Positions 1 through 13,297 of a DNA stretch of 64,000 nucleotides are shown piece after piece. Made by a program: the position numbers and the translations under genes. This stretch comes from Dictyostelium discoideum (lineage: Eukaryota). The stretch is taken from contig CM000151.3 in NCBI GenBank assembly GCA_000004695.1, forward strand, positions 1,952,001 through 2,016,000, in the 5' to 3' direction. Numbering within the stretch: the stretch's first letter is position 1; each line of letters begins with the position of its first letter. The notes under the pieces are model-generated. The model ran no database searches and was not told where the DNA came from. It worked only from the letters and a program-made list of their open reading frames with translations.

Positions 1-611
1 TAATCTTTTTTAAAAAAAATAATAATAATAATAATAAAAAGAAGAAAAAAAGGAAAGAAAAGAACAAAAAAAATAAAAAATTATTAATATTAATCTTTTA
101 TTTTTTAAAAAAAAAAAATAAAAAAAAAATAAAAAAATATTATAATTATAAATGTGTATTATTTAATTGTTCTTTTTATAGACATAAATCACCTCCTCAA
201 AACTCACACACACACTTTGATAAATAAAAACAAATAATTCTCAACGCCATAAACATCTTTTTTTTCAATAAAAATGAAATATGTTGTGACAGAATTTATA
301 TAAAATGTTTTATTTTTAATTTATATCAACTTAAACCATAAAAAAATTTAAAAAAAAAAAAAAGAGCAAATTTGGGGTTTGGTATACAAAATTGGAAAAA
401 AAAACAAAAAAAAACAATTAAATGAAACACATTTTCATAAATTGTTGTGTATATATATATTTTTTATTCTCTTACATGAGATATATATATATATATATTT
501 TTTTTTATAAAATTTATTTATTTATGTTTATATATTTTTTATTTTTTTTTTATTTTTTTTATTTTTTTTTTTTTTTCTTTAAAACAAACTTGAGAAATTT
601 AATAAATAATT

Positions 612-1335
612 TTAATCTAACTTAAGTTCGAATTTCTCCCAATGTACACCATTTTTATCAACGACAACAATATCTGCAAAATCACCAGTGTAAATATCTC
701 TTTCACCAGCAGATGTAATTGAATCCTTTACAAATGAAACAACTTGTTCACATGATACATCTTTATTTCCTTCTACAATTTGTTGATTAAATTTAGCAAC
801 CTTTTTAATTGAAATAGATGTTAAAAATCAATAAATTAATAAATGTGATATAAATATTATTATTATTATTACTATTATTTTATATATAAATTACTTACTT
901 GGTTATCGAGTAATGGAATTACTAATTGATTACCAGAACCTTGAGAAGAGTATTTAACTCTTTCATGACTACCTACAGCATCATAAGTCCAAATCCAACC
1001 TTCACCTTGTTCGTCTACACCAGCAACTAAATTGAAAGTATAGTATGGGAAAAATCTTTTATAGTACAATGTGTTTGATAAGAATTGAGCGATTGCTGGT
1101 GTACTCATTGGTTTACCATGCTCTTTTTCAAATGATTCCAACATTGATTTTAAACGTTTTTGTAATGCAATTGTATCTGCTTGCATACCTGATGTTGCTA
1201 AAACACATTTCTTTGTTCTAAATTAAATTAATTAATTTTAATTTTAATTTTATCAATTACAATTAATCATATTAATAATTATTAAAATATTTTTATTGAT
1301 ATATATGTATTGTTGATTAAATTATCGTAATTATT

Positions 1336-1368
<33 letters not shown>

Positions 1369-1771
1369 AATTAGTTAATATTTTATTAATTTATAATAAT
1401 TATAATAAAAAAAGTTAAAAAAAAAAGTTACATACAATTGAAAAATTTTAGTATATTTTCTAGTTTGAATACCATAACCACCATCAGACATACGTGTATC
1501 ACCAGCAATAACACAATAATCTTTACCAGCAACTGCCAAAACTGTACTATAATTTTTTATATTTTAAAGGGTGAAAAAAAGATAAATAAAGTAATTAGTA
1601 ATTCTAATTCTCTATTTTAAAATAATAATAATAACCATATATCAGGATTAAAGTAGATTCTTTTTATTAATTTACTTACCCTCCATTATCTACATATGCC
1701 TCAAATCTTCCATGACTGATTGGTTGTTGTTTATCTTTTTCTGGTAATGCACTTAATTTTAAAGTTTCCAT
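612..1771 (-). CDS. psmB1: 20S proteasome subunit beta type-1 (PSMB1 orthologue), 4 exons: join(1680..1771, 1436..1546, 899..1217, 612..800) on the minus strand; 236 aa
   Basis: Manual splicing of minus-strand ORFs gives METLKLSALPEKDKQQPISHGRFEAYVDNGG / TVLAVAGKDYCVIAGDTRMSDGGYGIQTRKYTKIFQL / TKKCVLATSGMQADTIALQKRL...FFPYYTFNLVAGVDEQGEGWIWTYDAVGSHERVKYSSQGSGNQLVIPLLDNQ / VAKFNQQIVEGNKDV...AGERDIYTGDFADIVVVDKNGVHWEKFELKLD*. It is collinear with human PSMB1 ([31 protein letters not shown]...; [34 protein letters not shown]...PLLDNQVGFKN...ERDVYTGDAL). Donors are gtaagt/gtatgt and the reading phase is consistent across all junctions. Confidence 0.85.
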
Positions 1772-2019
1772 ATTTAAATATTTTAATATATATATATATA
1801 TACAAGATGATGATAATAATTGATGAAAATAAAAAAAATTAAGAAAAAAAGAGAATGAAATTGTAATATATACAAAATAAAAAAAACAAAAATTAAATTG
1901 ATGAAAATAAAAAAAAAAAAAAAAATAAAAAATTAAAAAAAAATGAAAGTGGTGAGTTCAAAAAAAAAAATTAAAAAAAAATAAATTAAAAAAAAAAAAT
2001 TAAAAAAAAAAAAAAATAA

Positions 2020-2050
<31 letters not shown>

Positions 2051-2200
2051 TATTTTATAAAAAATAAAAAAGAAATAATCTTTAAATTAAAAAACTTAAG
2101 GTTTTTTTTTTTTTTTCAAAATATATTCCAAAGTAATAATTTTATTTCATTTATATATATATATATTTTTGGTGTTTTTTTTTTTTTTTTTGGATGTGTT

Positions 2201-2231
<31 letters not shown>

Positions 2232-2957
2232 TTGGAAATCCATTTTTATGATAAATTGCCAAAACATTAATATATTAATATATTCTTCAACTTTAAACAA
2301 TTGTGAATATCTTTTTTTAGATTATACAAATATCATTAAAATAAATAACTCTAACCCAAGTTTTTTTGTGATCCCAACCATATCCAATTCTCAAATAATT
2401 ATTAATTTGGAAAATAAATAAAATAAAATAAAATAAAATAAAATAAAATAAAATAGAATAAAATAAAATAAAAAAATATGAACATATCAAAAAATAAAAT
2501 AAATAAAAAATAAATTTGAATGAAAAAAAAAAAAAAAAAAAAGTGATTAATAACCGATCAGAGATAGATTAGAGTTTTAAAAAAAAATAAAAAAAAAAAA
2601 AAAAATAAATTTTTGATATTTTTTCAAAATTAAAAAATTAAAAAAAATAAAAAAAAATAAAAAAAAAAAAAAATTTTTTTTGACCACACACAAAAAAAAA
2701 AAAAAAAAAAAATTTTAAAAACAAATACAATAAAGGTTTATAAATCTACCAAAAAAAAAAATAATTTGTTTTTTTTTTTTTTTTTTTTTTTATAAAAAAA
2801 ACAATTTTGCATCTATTTATTATTTATTTATTTATTATAAATAAAACCATTGTTCGATCAAAAACATAATTTTATAAAAAAAGATAAATAAACCTATATA
2901 TATATATTTATAAAAACTCAAAAACCTGTAATATTAGAATCAACAATAAATAATAAA
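1772..2957. promoter_or_regulatory. Divergent intergenic/promoter region between psmB1 (minus) and the PH-domain gene (plus); extremely A/T rich with long poly(dA)/(dT) tracts and an (AAAAT)n array at about 2411-2472
   Basis: Start codons of the two flanking genes face away from each other. The region has no credible ORF, and the ORF-track entry 2194..2421 is low-complexity translation. Confidence 0.35.
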
Positions 2958-3176
2958 ATGACACAAAATGGATTAAAAGAATCTAAAGATGGAAAAGTAC
3001 GTATAAAACTATTTTATATATATATATATATATTACTATACTATTCTCGGTTATTAAATTTTTAATATTAAATATTATATGATTAATTCAAAAAAAAAAA
3101 AAAAAAAAAAAAAAACAAAATTCAAAATTCAAAATGAAATTTTCTATATAAAATAATTAATTAATTAATTAATTAA

Positions 3177-3227
<51 letters not shown>

Positions 3228-4208
3228 ATGAAATTTAGACAATAAAAGAAGGCAGTGTAATTAAACAAGGTGGTAGAATAAAGAATTGGAAAAAAAGATG
3301 GTGTGTTTTAAATGAGGAAGGATTACATTATTTTAAATCTCAACATAGTATAGAAAAAGGTTCAATACTGTTGGCAGAGATAATATCAGTGGAGGGAGAT
3401 GATAAACCTGCAACTAAAAGAAAATATTGTTTCAAAGTTACAACCATCGATAGAAAATATAGAATATGTGCAACTGATTCATTGGATAGAGATGAATGGA
3501 TAAATTCAATTGAAAAACTTTTAAAATCAAAAGGATTATATAATATTGAAAATAATAATAATGGAACTGGTACAATTATAAAGGTACCTATATTATATTA
3601 ATGTATATATCTATACCCCCACCTAATTCACACACATATTAACATATTATGGATGAACATTTTTATTTTGTTTTATTTTTTATTAGACTTCAAAAAATGT
3701 AGATATTAATAAATTAAGGAGTGAAGAAGATGATGATTCAGAATCATCAACACATTCAAATAGTTATTTAGGTAGTAATTCAGTACCATCAATGAAAAAA
3801 ATAATTTTAACACCAATTATGGTATCATTAAAAGAAAAGTTTTCACAAAAAACATTTGCTGCAGAGTTAAATAGAAAGGTTAGTTGTTGTTGTTGTTTTT
3901 ATTATTATTATTATCATTACAAGACAGAGAGAGAGGGTTATTAATATGATGTTATGTTTATTAAAAAAAAAAAAAAAAAAAATTTATAGAAAGATTTATT
4001 ATCATTAGAAGAGACAGAAAGAGTTTTATCACTTTTAGATTCATATATTGATGGCGAAGTTGATGAATCACAAATTGAAAGAGATAGGGAAATTAAATTA
4101 ATTGTTAAACAAATTGCTCAAATGAAACAGGCTGAAATGGATGCAATAGAAAATAAATACAATCAAAAACGATTAGAGATTTTAGAAGAAATTAAAAGAA
4201 GGTCTTAA
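2958..4208 (+). CDS. PH (pleckstrin homology) domain protein, 4 exons: join(2958..2996, 3239..3583, 3687..3878, 3990..4208)
   Basis: Exon 2 encodes TIKEGSVIKQGGRIKNWKKRWCVLNEEGLHYFKSQ...KYCFKVTTIDRKYRICATDSLDRDEWINSIEKLL, a canonical PH fold (basic GG-R-KNWKKRWFVL strand, C-terminal W in the helix). Donors are gtacgt/gtacct/gttagt, acceptors are (t)nAG, and all phases are consistent. The C-terminal exon is coiled-coil-like (QIAQMKQAEMDAIENKYNQKRLEILEEIKRRS*). Confidence 0.7.
3130..3232. repeat. (TAAT)n/(AAAT)n tetranucleotide microsatellite inside intron 1 of the PH-domain gene
   Basis: Direct reading: attaattaattaattaattaataaataaataaataaataaataaataaataaataaataaataaataaatg. Confidence 0.8.
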
Positions 4209-4230
4209 TTAAAATTATAAGCTATCAACG

Positions 4231-4264
<34 letters not shown>

Positions 4265-4373
4265 TCAATTAAACCAATTAATGAATCATTATAAAGAAAT
4301 CAAAAAAAAACCCAAAACCAGTGTAAATCCAAAAAAAAAAATAAAAAAAAAATAAAAAAAAATAATAGAAATT

Positions 4374-4404
<31 letters not shown>

Positions 4405-5483
4405 AAAACATAAAAAGAAATTTATGAACCATAAAATAAAACCCACTTTTCTTCATTTTCTTGGACAATAAAAGATAAAAAAAAGGCAAATTTTTAAAAG
4501 AGGGTGTTAATTGAAATTTCTTTTTTTTTTTTTTGTTTTAAAAGTGATATTGTTTTTTTTTTTTTTATAATAATAGAAATAATTTAAAAATAAAAAAAAA
4601 TAAAAAATAAAAAAAAATCATAAAAGGGTTTAGTTTTTTATTTTTATTCATTTATATGTGTCACTCAACCACAGAGGGTATGACAATATTTTACTTTAAT
4701 ATAATTTTCTTTAAAAAAAAAAATAAAAAAATAAAAAACAAAAAAAAATAAAAAAGAGTGAAAAGAAAGCGATAATTATAATAAAAAAAAAAATTATAAT
4801 TTTTTAAACATTTGGCTATTTATAACCCACAATTAAATCATTTTTTTATTTTTTTTTTTTTTATTTTTTTATTTTTATTATTTTTTTTTTTTTTTTTGTA
4901 TTCTTTTTTTTTTATTATTTACACAATTATTTAGGTAACTATATATAATTAAATATATATTTTTTTTTAAAAATTTATATAAATCTAAATATAATTGTCA
5001 TTTATTAATATAAAAAAAGAAATCTTGTTATCGTTTAAAAAATAAAAGGTGTGTAAAACCAAAAATAAAAAAAAAAAAAAATAAAAATAAAAAAAAAATA
5101 AAAAAAAAAAAAAATCCTAAAAAATTTTTTTTAATTTTTTTTAGGAATCCAATTCATTTCGCTTAGAAAAAAAAAAAAAAAAAAAAAAAAAAATTAAAAA
5201 TAGTTATATAATAAAATTTCATAATAATAATAATAATAACAATTAATTTAACTAATAATACTAATAACAATTAATTATAAAAAAAAAAGAATAATCTAAA
5301 AAAATCAAAAAAAAAAATAATATTTTAAAATAATTTGTAATTTGTAATAATTTGTAATTTTATATTAATAAAGAAAAAAAAAAAAAAAAAAAAACAAAAA
5401 CAAAAACAAAAAAAAAAAATTTTAAAAAAAAAAAAAACATTTTTTTTTAATACATATAAATAAATAAATAAATAAATAAATAA

Positions 5484-7368
5484 ATGAGTGGTGTAGGAGG
5501 TGAATCAGTACATTTGAGAAGATCATCAACAACTGCGACAACCACAGGATCTAGTAAAAGTAGTTTAAATATAAGTAAGTCAGTTTCACCTACTGGTAAT
5601 AAAGCAGTTTCACCCATGAGTTCACCAAACTCATTGCAAAGTGGTGCAACTCCTACAATAGCACAATTACAAAGTTTATTAAAACAACAACAACAACCAA
5701 ATCATTCAATAACAACAAATAATAATAATAATAAATCAGTATCGGTTGAAATTGATGATTTAAAATCTCAACTACAACATTCAAATATAAACGATACCTT
5801 TAATGAAGATGAAGAAATTGAAGAAGTAACAGACGAGGTTATCATTAATCATGATTATCATTCATCTGAAGATGAATATGAAGATGATGAAGATGAAGAT
5901 GAAAATAATAATAGTGTAAATAATAATAGTAATAATAATAGTAATAATAATAATAATAACAATACAAGTATAAGTAGTGCACATAGTTGTGAAAGTATAG
6001 CAGAGGAAGAGGAACTTACAGCATCACCAATTTTATCAAGACAATATAGTTATACAATTGGTCATGGTACAAAACCTGATGTTGTTTTATCAATTGGCGG
6101 TGGATTCCATTCATCACCAAGATCAAATAGATCAGAGAGTACCATAGTTCATGAAGATGATCTCACAAATCAAAATGATAAAGTTATAAATGCAAAAGAT
6201 AAAATCTCTTCAGATTATAAAAGAATGATGGAAGATCCTGAAGCATTTAGAAATGAAAAATTAAAACAACGTAAATCAAAATTCTTTACAAAAAAAGGTT
6301 TGTTAAAAATATATATATATACACATAAAATAATAATATTAACTTTTTTATTTTATTTTTTTTTATTTAAAAAAAAATAGATTTAGAAGAAATACCATTT
6401 AATCCATCATCAGGTACTCAATTAAGATCAACATTATTTCAACAATTTATGAATGAAAAGATACAAATGATATCAGAGAATCCAGAGAAATATAAAAGCG
6501 AATTAATGAAATTTTATAAACAAAATTTGAAACCACAAGTACCTAAATCACCACAATCAAGTGGATCATTATCAACACATTCCGATAAATTAAAGACATC
6601 ATCGTCATTACAAAGAAGTAGATCAGTTAGTCAACCACCAGTTGTGACTGGTAATAGCAAGAATGCAATTGGTTCATTGGATACTATTTTAGAAAAGGAG
6701 AGAAAGAGGGATGGAAATCAAGATAGACAATTACCAATACTATTCACAAAGTGTGTTGATTTCCTCTCAAATGATGAAGCTTTAAAAACTGAAGGTCTTT
6801 TTAGAGTTGCAGGTAATTCAAGTGAAGTTGAAGATTTAATGAAATCAATATTACTCTATGGTTCCGATATTCCAAGTAATTGTTGTTATCATGTAGTTTC
6901 AAATATGTTAAAAAAGTTTTTACGTCAATTATCAACTCCAGTTTTCACTTTTAAATATCATAATGATTTCATCCAAACAATGAGTAAGTTTTAATTAATT
7001 TTATTCAAAATTACATATATATATCTATATTAATTTTATTTTATTAACTTTTTTTATTATTTTTTTTATTATTTTTTTTTCAAGAATTAAATAATGATGA
7101 AGAAAGAATTAAAGCAATTAAAGAGATTTTAAAATTAATACCACCAGTTAATCAATTATTAATTAAAGAGTTGATGAAATTTTTAGTAAAAGTAACTAGT
7201 TTTTCAAATGTTAATATGATGCATGCTCATAATTTAGGTTTAATGTTTGGTCCAAATATGTTAAAGGCGCCATCAGATTCTGAAATGAATGCAATTTCAA
7301 TGTTGGATGCTGGTAATCAAGTAATCACTTTATTAATTGAAAATTATAATTTATTTTATGATAATTAA
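5484..7368 (+). CDS. RhoGAP-domain protein, 3 exons: join(5484..6297, 6381..6983, 7085..7368)
   Basis: Exons 2-3 encode LPILFTKCVDFLSNDEALKTEGLFRVAGNSSEVEDLMKSI...LKKFLRQLSTPVFTF...LIKELMKFLVKVTSFSNVNMMHAHNLGLMFGPNMLK. This is the RhoGAP signature, including the arginine-finger GLFRVAG and the MxxxNLAxVFGP-like motif. The N-terminus is Ser/Thr/Asn-rich low complexity. Splice phases were checked: the exon 1-2 junction rebuilds codon GAT, and exon 3 enters at a ...tttcaag|AA acceptor. Confidence 0.75.
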
Positions 7369-7474
7369 TATTTAATAATTAATTGATTAAAAATAATAAT
7401 AAATTGAAAAAAAAAAAAAAAAAAAAAAAAATCAAATTTGTAACAACACTCACTAAACAATATCAGTTATAAAA

Positions 7475-7484
<10 letters not shown>

Positions 7485-7557
<73 letters not shown>
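7485..7557. repeat. Non-coding (AAT)n microsatellite, about 24 uninterrupted units, in the intergenic region downstream of the RhoGAP gene
   Basis: Direct reading of aataataat... from about 7485 to 7557. It is the same motif that encodes poly-Asn inside neighbouring genes. Confidence 0.85.
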
Positions 7558-7558
<1 letters not shown>

Positions 7559-8283
7559 GATTAATTATTATAATAAAAATAATATTAAAAACTTTTTATA
7601 TAATTAAATTTAATATTGAATAAAATACCATTTATTGAGAAATGATTGGAATGCCGTTTTTTTTATTAATTTTTTATTGTACTAACTTGGAATTAATTTT
7701 AATATTAAAAAAAATAAAAAAAAAAAATAATGTTTATTTTTTTGTACAATTACTTGATTGAATTTAAATTAAGGAACCATAAATGATTTCAATTGATATT
7801 TCTAGTCGGGTAAAAATATCAATGAAATATTTTACAGTTCATTAAAATAAATCCAACAATTATGTTTTTTGTACTTCTAAAAAAAACCTTTTTTTTTTTT
7901 CTTTTATTTTTTATTTTTTTTTTTATATATATATAAAATAAAAATGAATAAAAAAAAAAAAAAAAAATAATTATAAATAGAAAAAACAAAAAGGAAAAAA
8001 AAAATAAAAATAAAATAAAAAAAATAAAAAAAAAATAAAATAAATTATCAAAAATTTATTTATTATTATTTTTTTTTACAAAATGGGATTTTCTTCCCTT
8101 TTTGTAATTTTCATTTAATTTGGTAGTGTCTACACAGAAAATATTGGGTTTTTTTTTGTTGTTCAGAGTCTGAAAAGAAAAAAAAAAAACAGGGGGGGTG
8201 GAGGGGACTAAATATAGTGGTTGACATTTATTTGTGATAAAAATTGAAAAAAACAAAAAAATGAAATTATAATAAAAACAAAT

Positions 8284-8322
<39 letters not shown>

Positions 8323-8672
8323 AAAAAAAAAAAAAAAAAAAAAGGAAACCTTTTTTAAATATCTATTTTTAGGGTATAAAAAATTTTTTTGATAAAAATA
8401 TATAATTATTCAGTTAAATTTTTTTTTTTTTTTTTAACAATAATTTTGAAAATAATTAAAGAAAAAAAAAGGGAAAATAATTAATTCCTTTTTTAATAAT
8501 AAAATCCAATGAAATTTTTAATATGATAAAAAAAAAAAAAAAAGTAGAGGTTTTTTTTGAATTTATGATTTTTTTTTTTTTTTTTAGATGAGGAAACTGA
8601 TGAGAAAACCGATTAGAATTTTTCTTTTTTTTATTTTTTTTTTTTTATTTTTATTTTTAATTTGTTCTCTCT

Positions 8673-10949
8673 ATGGATATTTTATATTTTAAAGTTTTTA
8701 AAAATATATATATAAACAAGAAAATTTGGAGTTTTGTAAAAAGATATGACAAAACATCAAAAAGGTATGATGAAATAATATCAATTAGTGAATTGCTTTC
8801 GCTTCATAATAATAAAAATAGAATGAAAATTACAGATCAAGATAGTAGTTTAATTGAACTATTAAAATATAAAATTAAAAGAGGAGATATAATTTTATTT
8901 GATTTTAATATTCAACAATTAATACAAGTTTTTTCTAAAAATGAACAAATTAAACATGATAGAGAATTCTTTAGATGTTTAGTAACCTACTATAAAGAGG
9001 AATTAATTTTTATACCAAATTTATTAGAATCATTTTGTAAATATGGTAATTTAATAGCATTAGAAGAAATTACAAATTTAGAAAAAAGCAATAACAACAA
9101 CAAATATAGTAATAATAATAATAATAAAATTAATAAAATTATATATTATGAAAATTATAAGGTTTCAAAGAAAGCATTTGATTTAGCAATTGAAGTTGGT
9201 GAATTTAAAATTATGGATTTTTTATTCAAGAATCGTAATGAAGGTTATACAGAAAGAGATATTCTTGAGAATATATTTTTAGAAAGTAATAGTAGTAAAA
9301 TGTGTTTAGTTTTCTTAAAGTATGCATTAAATACAATGTCTATAGATTTGTCAAAATGTAAATCAATTAATATAGATTGTTATTACCATTTACAGGATGA
9401 TTTAGAAATTGCAAATAAATTAAATGAATTTGGGTTAATTCATTTTCAAGGAATATCTTATCTTTATCATAATATACCTTTTCCAATTTTAAATACACCA
9501 AATGAATTATTAAATATAGTTAAATCATTTTTATTTATTTTAAAAAAGTATATTTATATAAAACAAGAAGATTACAATGAAGATTATTTTAATAATGAAA
9601 ATTTTGAATATCCAATACCAAAAAGACCACCAATTGAATTAATTGAAAATTTTATAAATAATGAATGTTTATTTACAAATGAAGAATTAGAATTTGATAT
9701 TATTTTAAATTTTAAAGAAACTGATAAAAGAATTGAAAAATTAATTCATTGGTATATATTATTATTTGAACCCTATGGTTTATTCTCTGAATCTGTTGAT
9801 TTAATTTATTCATATATTGCAAAGTATACTAATGATACAATTGAAGATAAACAATTGGTTAATAGAATTTTTAAAAATTCAAATGATTGGGATAAAAATT
9901 TAATTTTTACAATAATATTTTTAAATTGTAATTTTAATTTATTTAATTCATTTTTTAATCGTTTCAATAATTATAGTTATAATAATATTGCTATAAATGG
10001 TATTAAAATTGGAATTTCTTCTTTATTTTAAATAAATTCAAATGAAAAGATTTTACAATTTCTACAATTATTTTATAATAATTATGATTTTAATAGTAAT
10101 TTAAAAAATGAAATTTTAAATGTCATTTATCAACATTTAAAATCAAAATCAAAATTAGAATTATTTTCTCAATTATTTGATTTATTACCTATAAAATTTA
10201 AAGAATATTGTTTACTCAATTTAAATGATGAAAAGAAAATAAATAATAATAATAATATTAATAATATTAATAATATAACAACAATAATTTTACCACAAAT
10301 AGAAACAAAATTATTAATTGAAAAAAAAATAAATGACAATGATTATGGTTATGATAAAAATAAAAAAATGAAAATTGACCCAATAGAGTTAATTAAATTA
10401 CAAAGATTCGAAGAATTATTTGAAAAATATTTTACTTATTATGATGATAACACTAAAGCTTTACTTGAAAATGAAAAACTTTATATTGAAATTGGTAATA
10501 AATGTGTACAATTTGATGAATTACTTGATAGGTTTATTAAAGTATTAATTAATTTTAATTTATTGGAAAATTCAAAAGAGTTTATAATAAATTCAATTTT
10601 AATTAAATCAATTAAAAATGGATTTTTAAAGAATTTACAATACTTTTTAACAACTGATAATAGAAATTTATTTAAAATTTCAAATGAAATTATTATAAAG
10701 ATTTTATTAAATTCAGCAATTATTAATGATAATATTACAATGGTTTCTTATTTACTTTCAATTTTATTTCCTTTTTTATTTTTTAATAACAATCAAATAA
10801 TATCATCTCAAACAATTCCAAGAATTTCAACAGTAACAAAAGAAGAAAAAGAATTGTTATTAAGTATTAATGAACAATTAAATTCTATAAAATTAATTAC
10901 AAAAATGGAAAATTATTTAAAAAAAACAATACTTTTTTTTGATTTATAA
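8673..10949 (+). CDS. Member 1 of a lineage-specific paralogous family (ILYFKVFKN... N-terminus). A single reading frame is open from 8673 to 10949 except for one in-frame TAA at 10029..10031. The product would be about 758 aa, so the gene is either disrupted or two separate ORFs
   Basis: ORF 8673..10031 and ORF 10368..10949 are in the same frame (all coordinates are 0 mod 3). Codon-by-codon reading of 10032..10367 shows no stop in 112 codons of roughly 80% AT DNA, giving ...INSNEKILQFLQLFYNNYDFNSNLKNEILNVIYQHLKSKSKLELFSQLFDLLPIKFKEYCLLNLNDEKKINNNNNINNINNITTIILPQIETKLLIEKKINDNDYGYDKNKKMKIDP.... That region is therefore coding. The N-terminal motif MDILYFKVFKNIYINKKIWSFV matches the other two paralogues in the window. 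Confidence 0.6.
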
Positions 10950-11586
10950 ATCAAAATTTTAAATATATTTTTTTTTTTTTCCTAATAATATAAAATAAAC
11001 CTATAATTTAATTTCAAAAAAAAAAAAAAAAAAAAAAAAAAGAAATTTCAAGATTTAATTAATTATATCTATTTCCAAGTCTATGTTATCATACTTTTTT
11101 TCATTTTTTTTTTTATAATTAATTATACCAAAAATAATCAGTTTTTAAAAACTGATTATTTACATCATTACCATAATGATCTTCAAAAAAATTTTTTATT
11201 TTATATAATTTTTTTTTTATATTTTTATTTTTATTTTGGTTTTTTTTGGTTTTTTGGTTTTTTTTGGTTTTTTTTTTGGTTTTTAGATGAATTTAAAAAT
11301 ATCTTTTAAAATTATTTTTGGAAAAAATAAAGTTGAAATTAGAAGGATTGGGAGATTGATTCAAGTTAATTTTTTTTTTTAATTATTTTTTATTTTTTAT
11401 TTTTAATTTTTTAATTTTTTTTTTTTTTGGGGTTGAAAATTTTTTTTTTAATTTTTTATTTTTTGTTTTTTAATTTTTTTTAATTTTTTTTTTTAATACA
11501 AAAACAGTACGTTTTTATATCAATGCAGCCAAATAAATACACATACATATATTGCTTTTCATATTAATAATAATAAAAAATAATTT

Positions 11587-11628
<42 letters not shown>

Positions 11629-11631
<3 letters not shown>

Positions 11632-11694
11632 AATAATGAAGACACTATTAACAATAATAGTATTATATTTACCAATAACAACATTATTAATAAT

Positions 11695-11788
<94 letters not shown>

Positions 11789-12501
11789 TTGAAAGCGATA
11801 GTGAAGTTTTATTTTGGAAAGTTTTTCATAATAAATTTTTATTGTATTATATATTGAAATGCGTATCATTGCTACCATTAGAATTTACAGATACTGAATT
11901 GTATTATGTTGGAAATAGATCAAAATTTTCAAATATTAAATCACTTTATTGGATGTTATATCATAAACAATTCACACTTGTAATTGATAAATTAATATCA
12001 AATCAAGTGGTTTATATATCACCAGTTTCAATTGAATATTTAATTGAAAAATGTAAACAACCAACAACAACAACAACAACAACAACTACAACTACAACAA
12101 CTACTACTACTACAATTACAACAAAAACAACAACAACCACAGAAGAACAAGAGAATTTATTAAAACAATATAAACAAATTTATCAACTTTTAATTGAAAA
12201 AAATAAAAAAGAATTACAAAGTGTAAATTTAGTAGATAGCTGTATTAGAAATGATAATACATTAGCATTACCATTATTCTTAACAGATTCAACAAATTTA
12301 ATATTACCACAAACCATTACTACATGTATAAAAAATTGTTCCTCTGATACATTATCATTACTACTTTCATCAATTAATCAAAATTCAACAATACCTTTAT
12401 CAGAATATATAAATCCACGTCAAACAATTTTAGATGCAACTTTTAATGAGCAATATAGAGATGAAATGATTAAATTTATATTGGATTATAAATATAAATC
12501 A

Positions 12502-12587
<86 letters not shown>

Positions 12588-13236
12588 TGATGATGATAAT
12601 GATAATAATAATAATGGTGCAGATGAAAATTTTAAAAAAATATTTGAACCATTAAATAATACAACTATACCAAATTTCTCATTAATAAAATCAAAACAAT
12701 TAAAGTTAAGAATGGTTAAAGAATTTTCAAATTTCTTTTACTTGGATCCAATTTCACCAAGTTATCAAATTTTATCACAATCAATTGAAGAATGTAAATC
12801 ATATATTCAATTATTATATATAAAGATTGGTGTTGGTATACCAAAACATTTATTATCAGAAATTAATCAAATTGAAAAGAAATATAATAATACTGATCAA
12901 AATAATAATCAATTAATAATTCAAAAATTGAAAGCAATTGTTATTAAAGAGACTGGATCATTAGATTTCTATTTACAATATTTATTAGAGTATGATCAAA
13001 TCGTTGAAAATCATCAACATAATCAACCACAGAAATTATTAATTTGTAATTACACATTAGCCTTATTTTCATTAAATGGTTTAAAATATTTAGTTAATGA
13101 AAGATATCAAATTACTGATACATCATATCGTAGAGATGAAATTAATAATATCTTTAAAAAATATCGTGGTCAAATTTTAAAAAATCAATCAAAAATTATT
13201 GAATTCTTTCAATTTTATTTTCAAAAATTAAAAATA

Positions 13237-13297
<61 letters not shown>

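Noticed and set aside
422-625. ORF-track entry MKHIFINCCVYIYFLFSYMRYIYIYIFF... and many similar short ORFs (for example 2194..2421, 8056..8256, 21021..21296, 21188..21448, 31386..31595, 31584..31799, 40396..40719, 55101..55367)
   Set aside because: They are translations of poly(dT)/(dA), (TA)n or other low-complexity intergenic DNA. They have no start context, no conservation-like composition and no splice logic.
626-640. gttcgaa-type strings (626; also 37150 ggttcgaaatc) that resemble the tRNA T-arm GGTTCGAATCC
   Set aside because: No acceptor stem, D-arm or anticodon arm can be folded around them. Both lie inside protein-coding sequence or a 3' region. No tRNA genes were detected in the window.
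10000-10049. Possible mini-intron (GT at 10000 to AG at 10049) that would remove the in-frame TAA of family member 1
   Set aside because: It is only 50 nt, has a poor donor (gtatta), changes the frame, and runs into TAA at 10076 after splicing.
11589-11878. Antisense or out-of-frame ORFs over coding (AAT)n, (CAA)n, (GTTGTGGTT)n and (AGTGAA)n tracts (poly-L, poly-I, poly-Y, poly-V, SLSLSL and so on; for example 11589..11789-, 11636..11857+, 13875..14105-, 15161..15391+, 18203..18388-, 22418..22765+, 23003..23209+, 22881..23183-, 29558..29881+, 31806..32408-, 32003..32488-, 58557..58766-, 58560..58811+)
   Set aside because: Each overlaps a longer, well-supported gene in another frame or strand and consists only of repeat translation.
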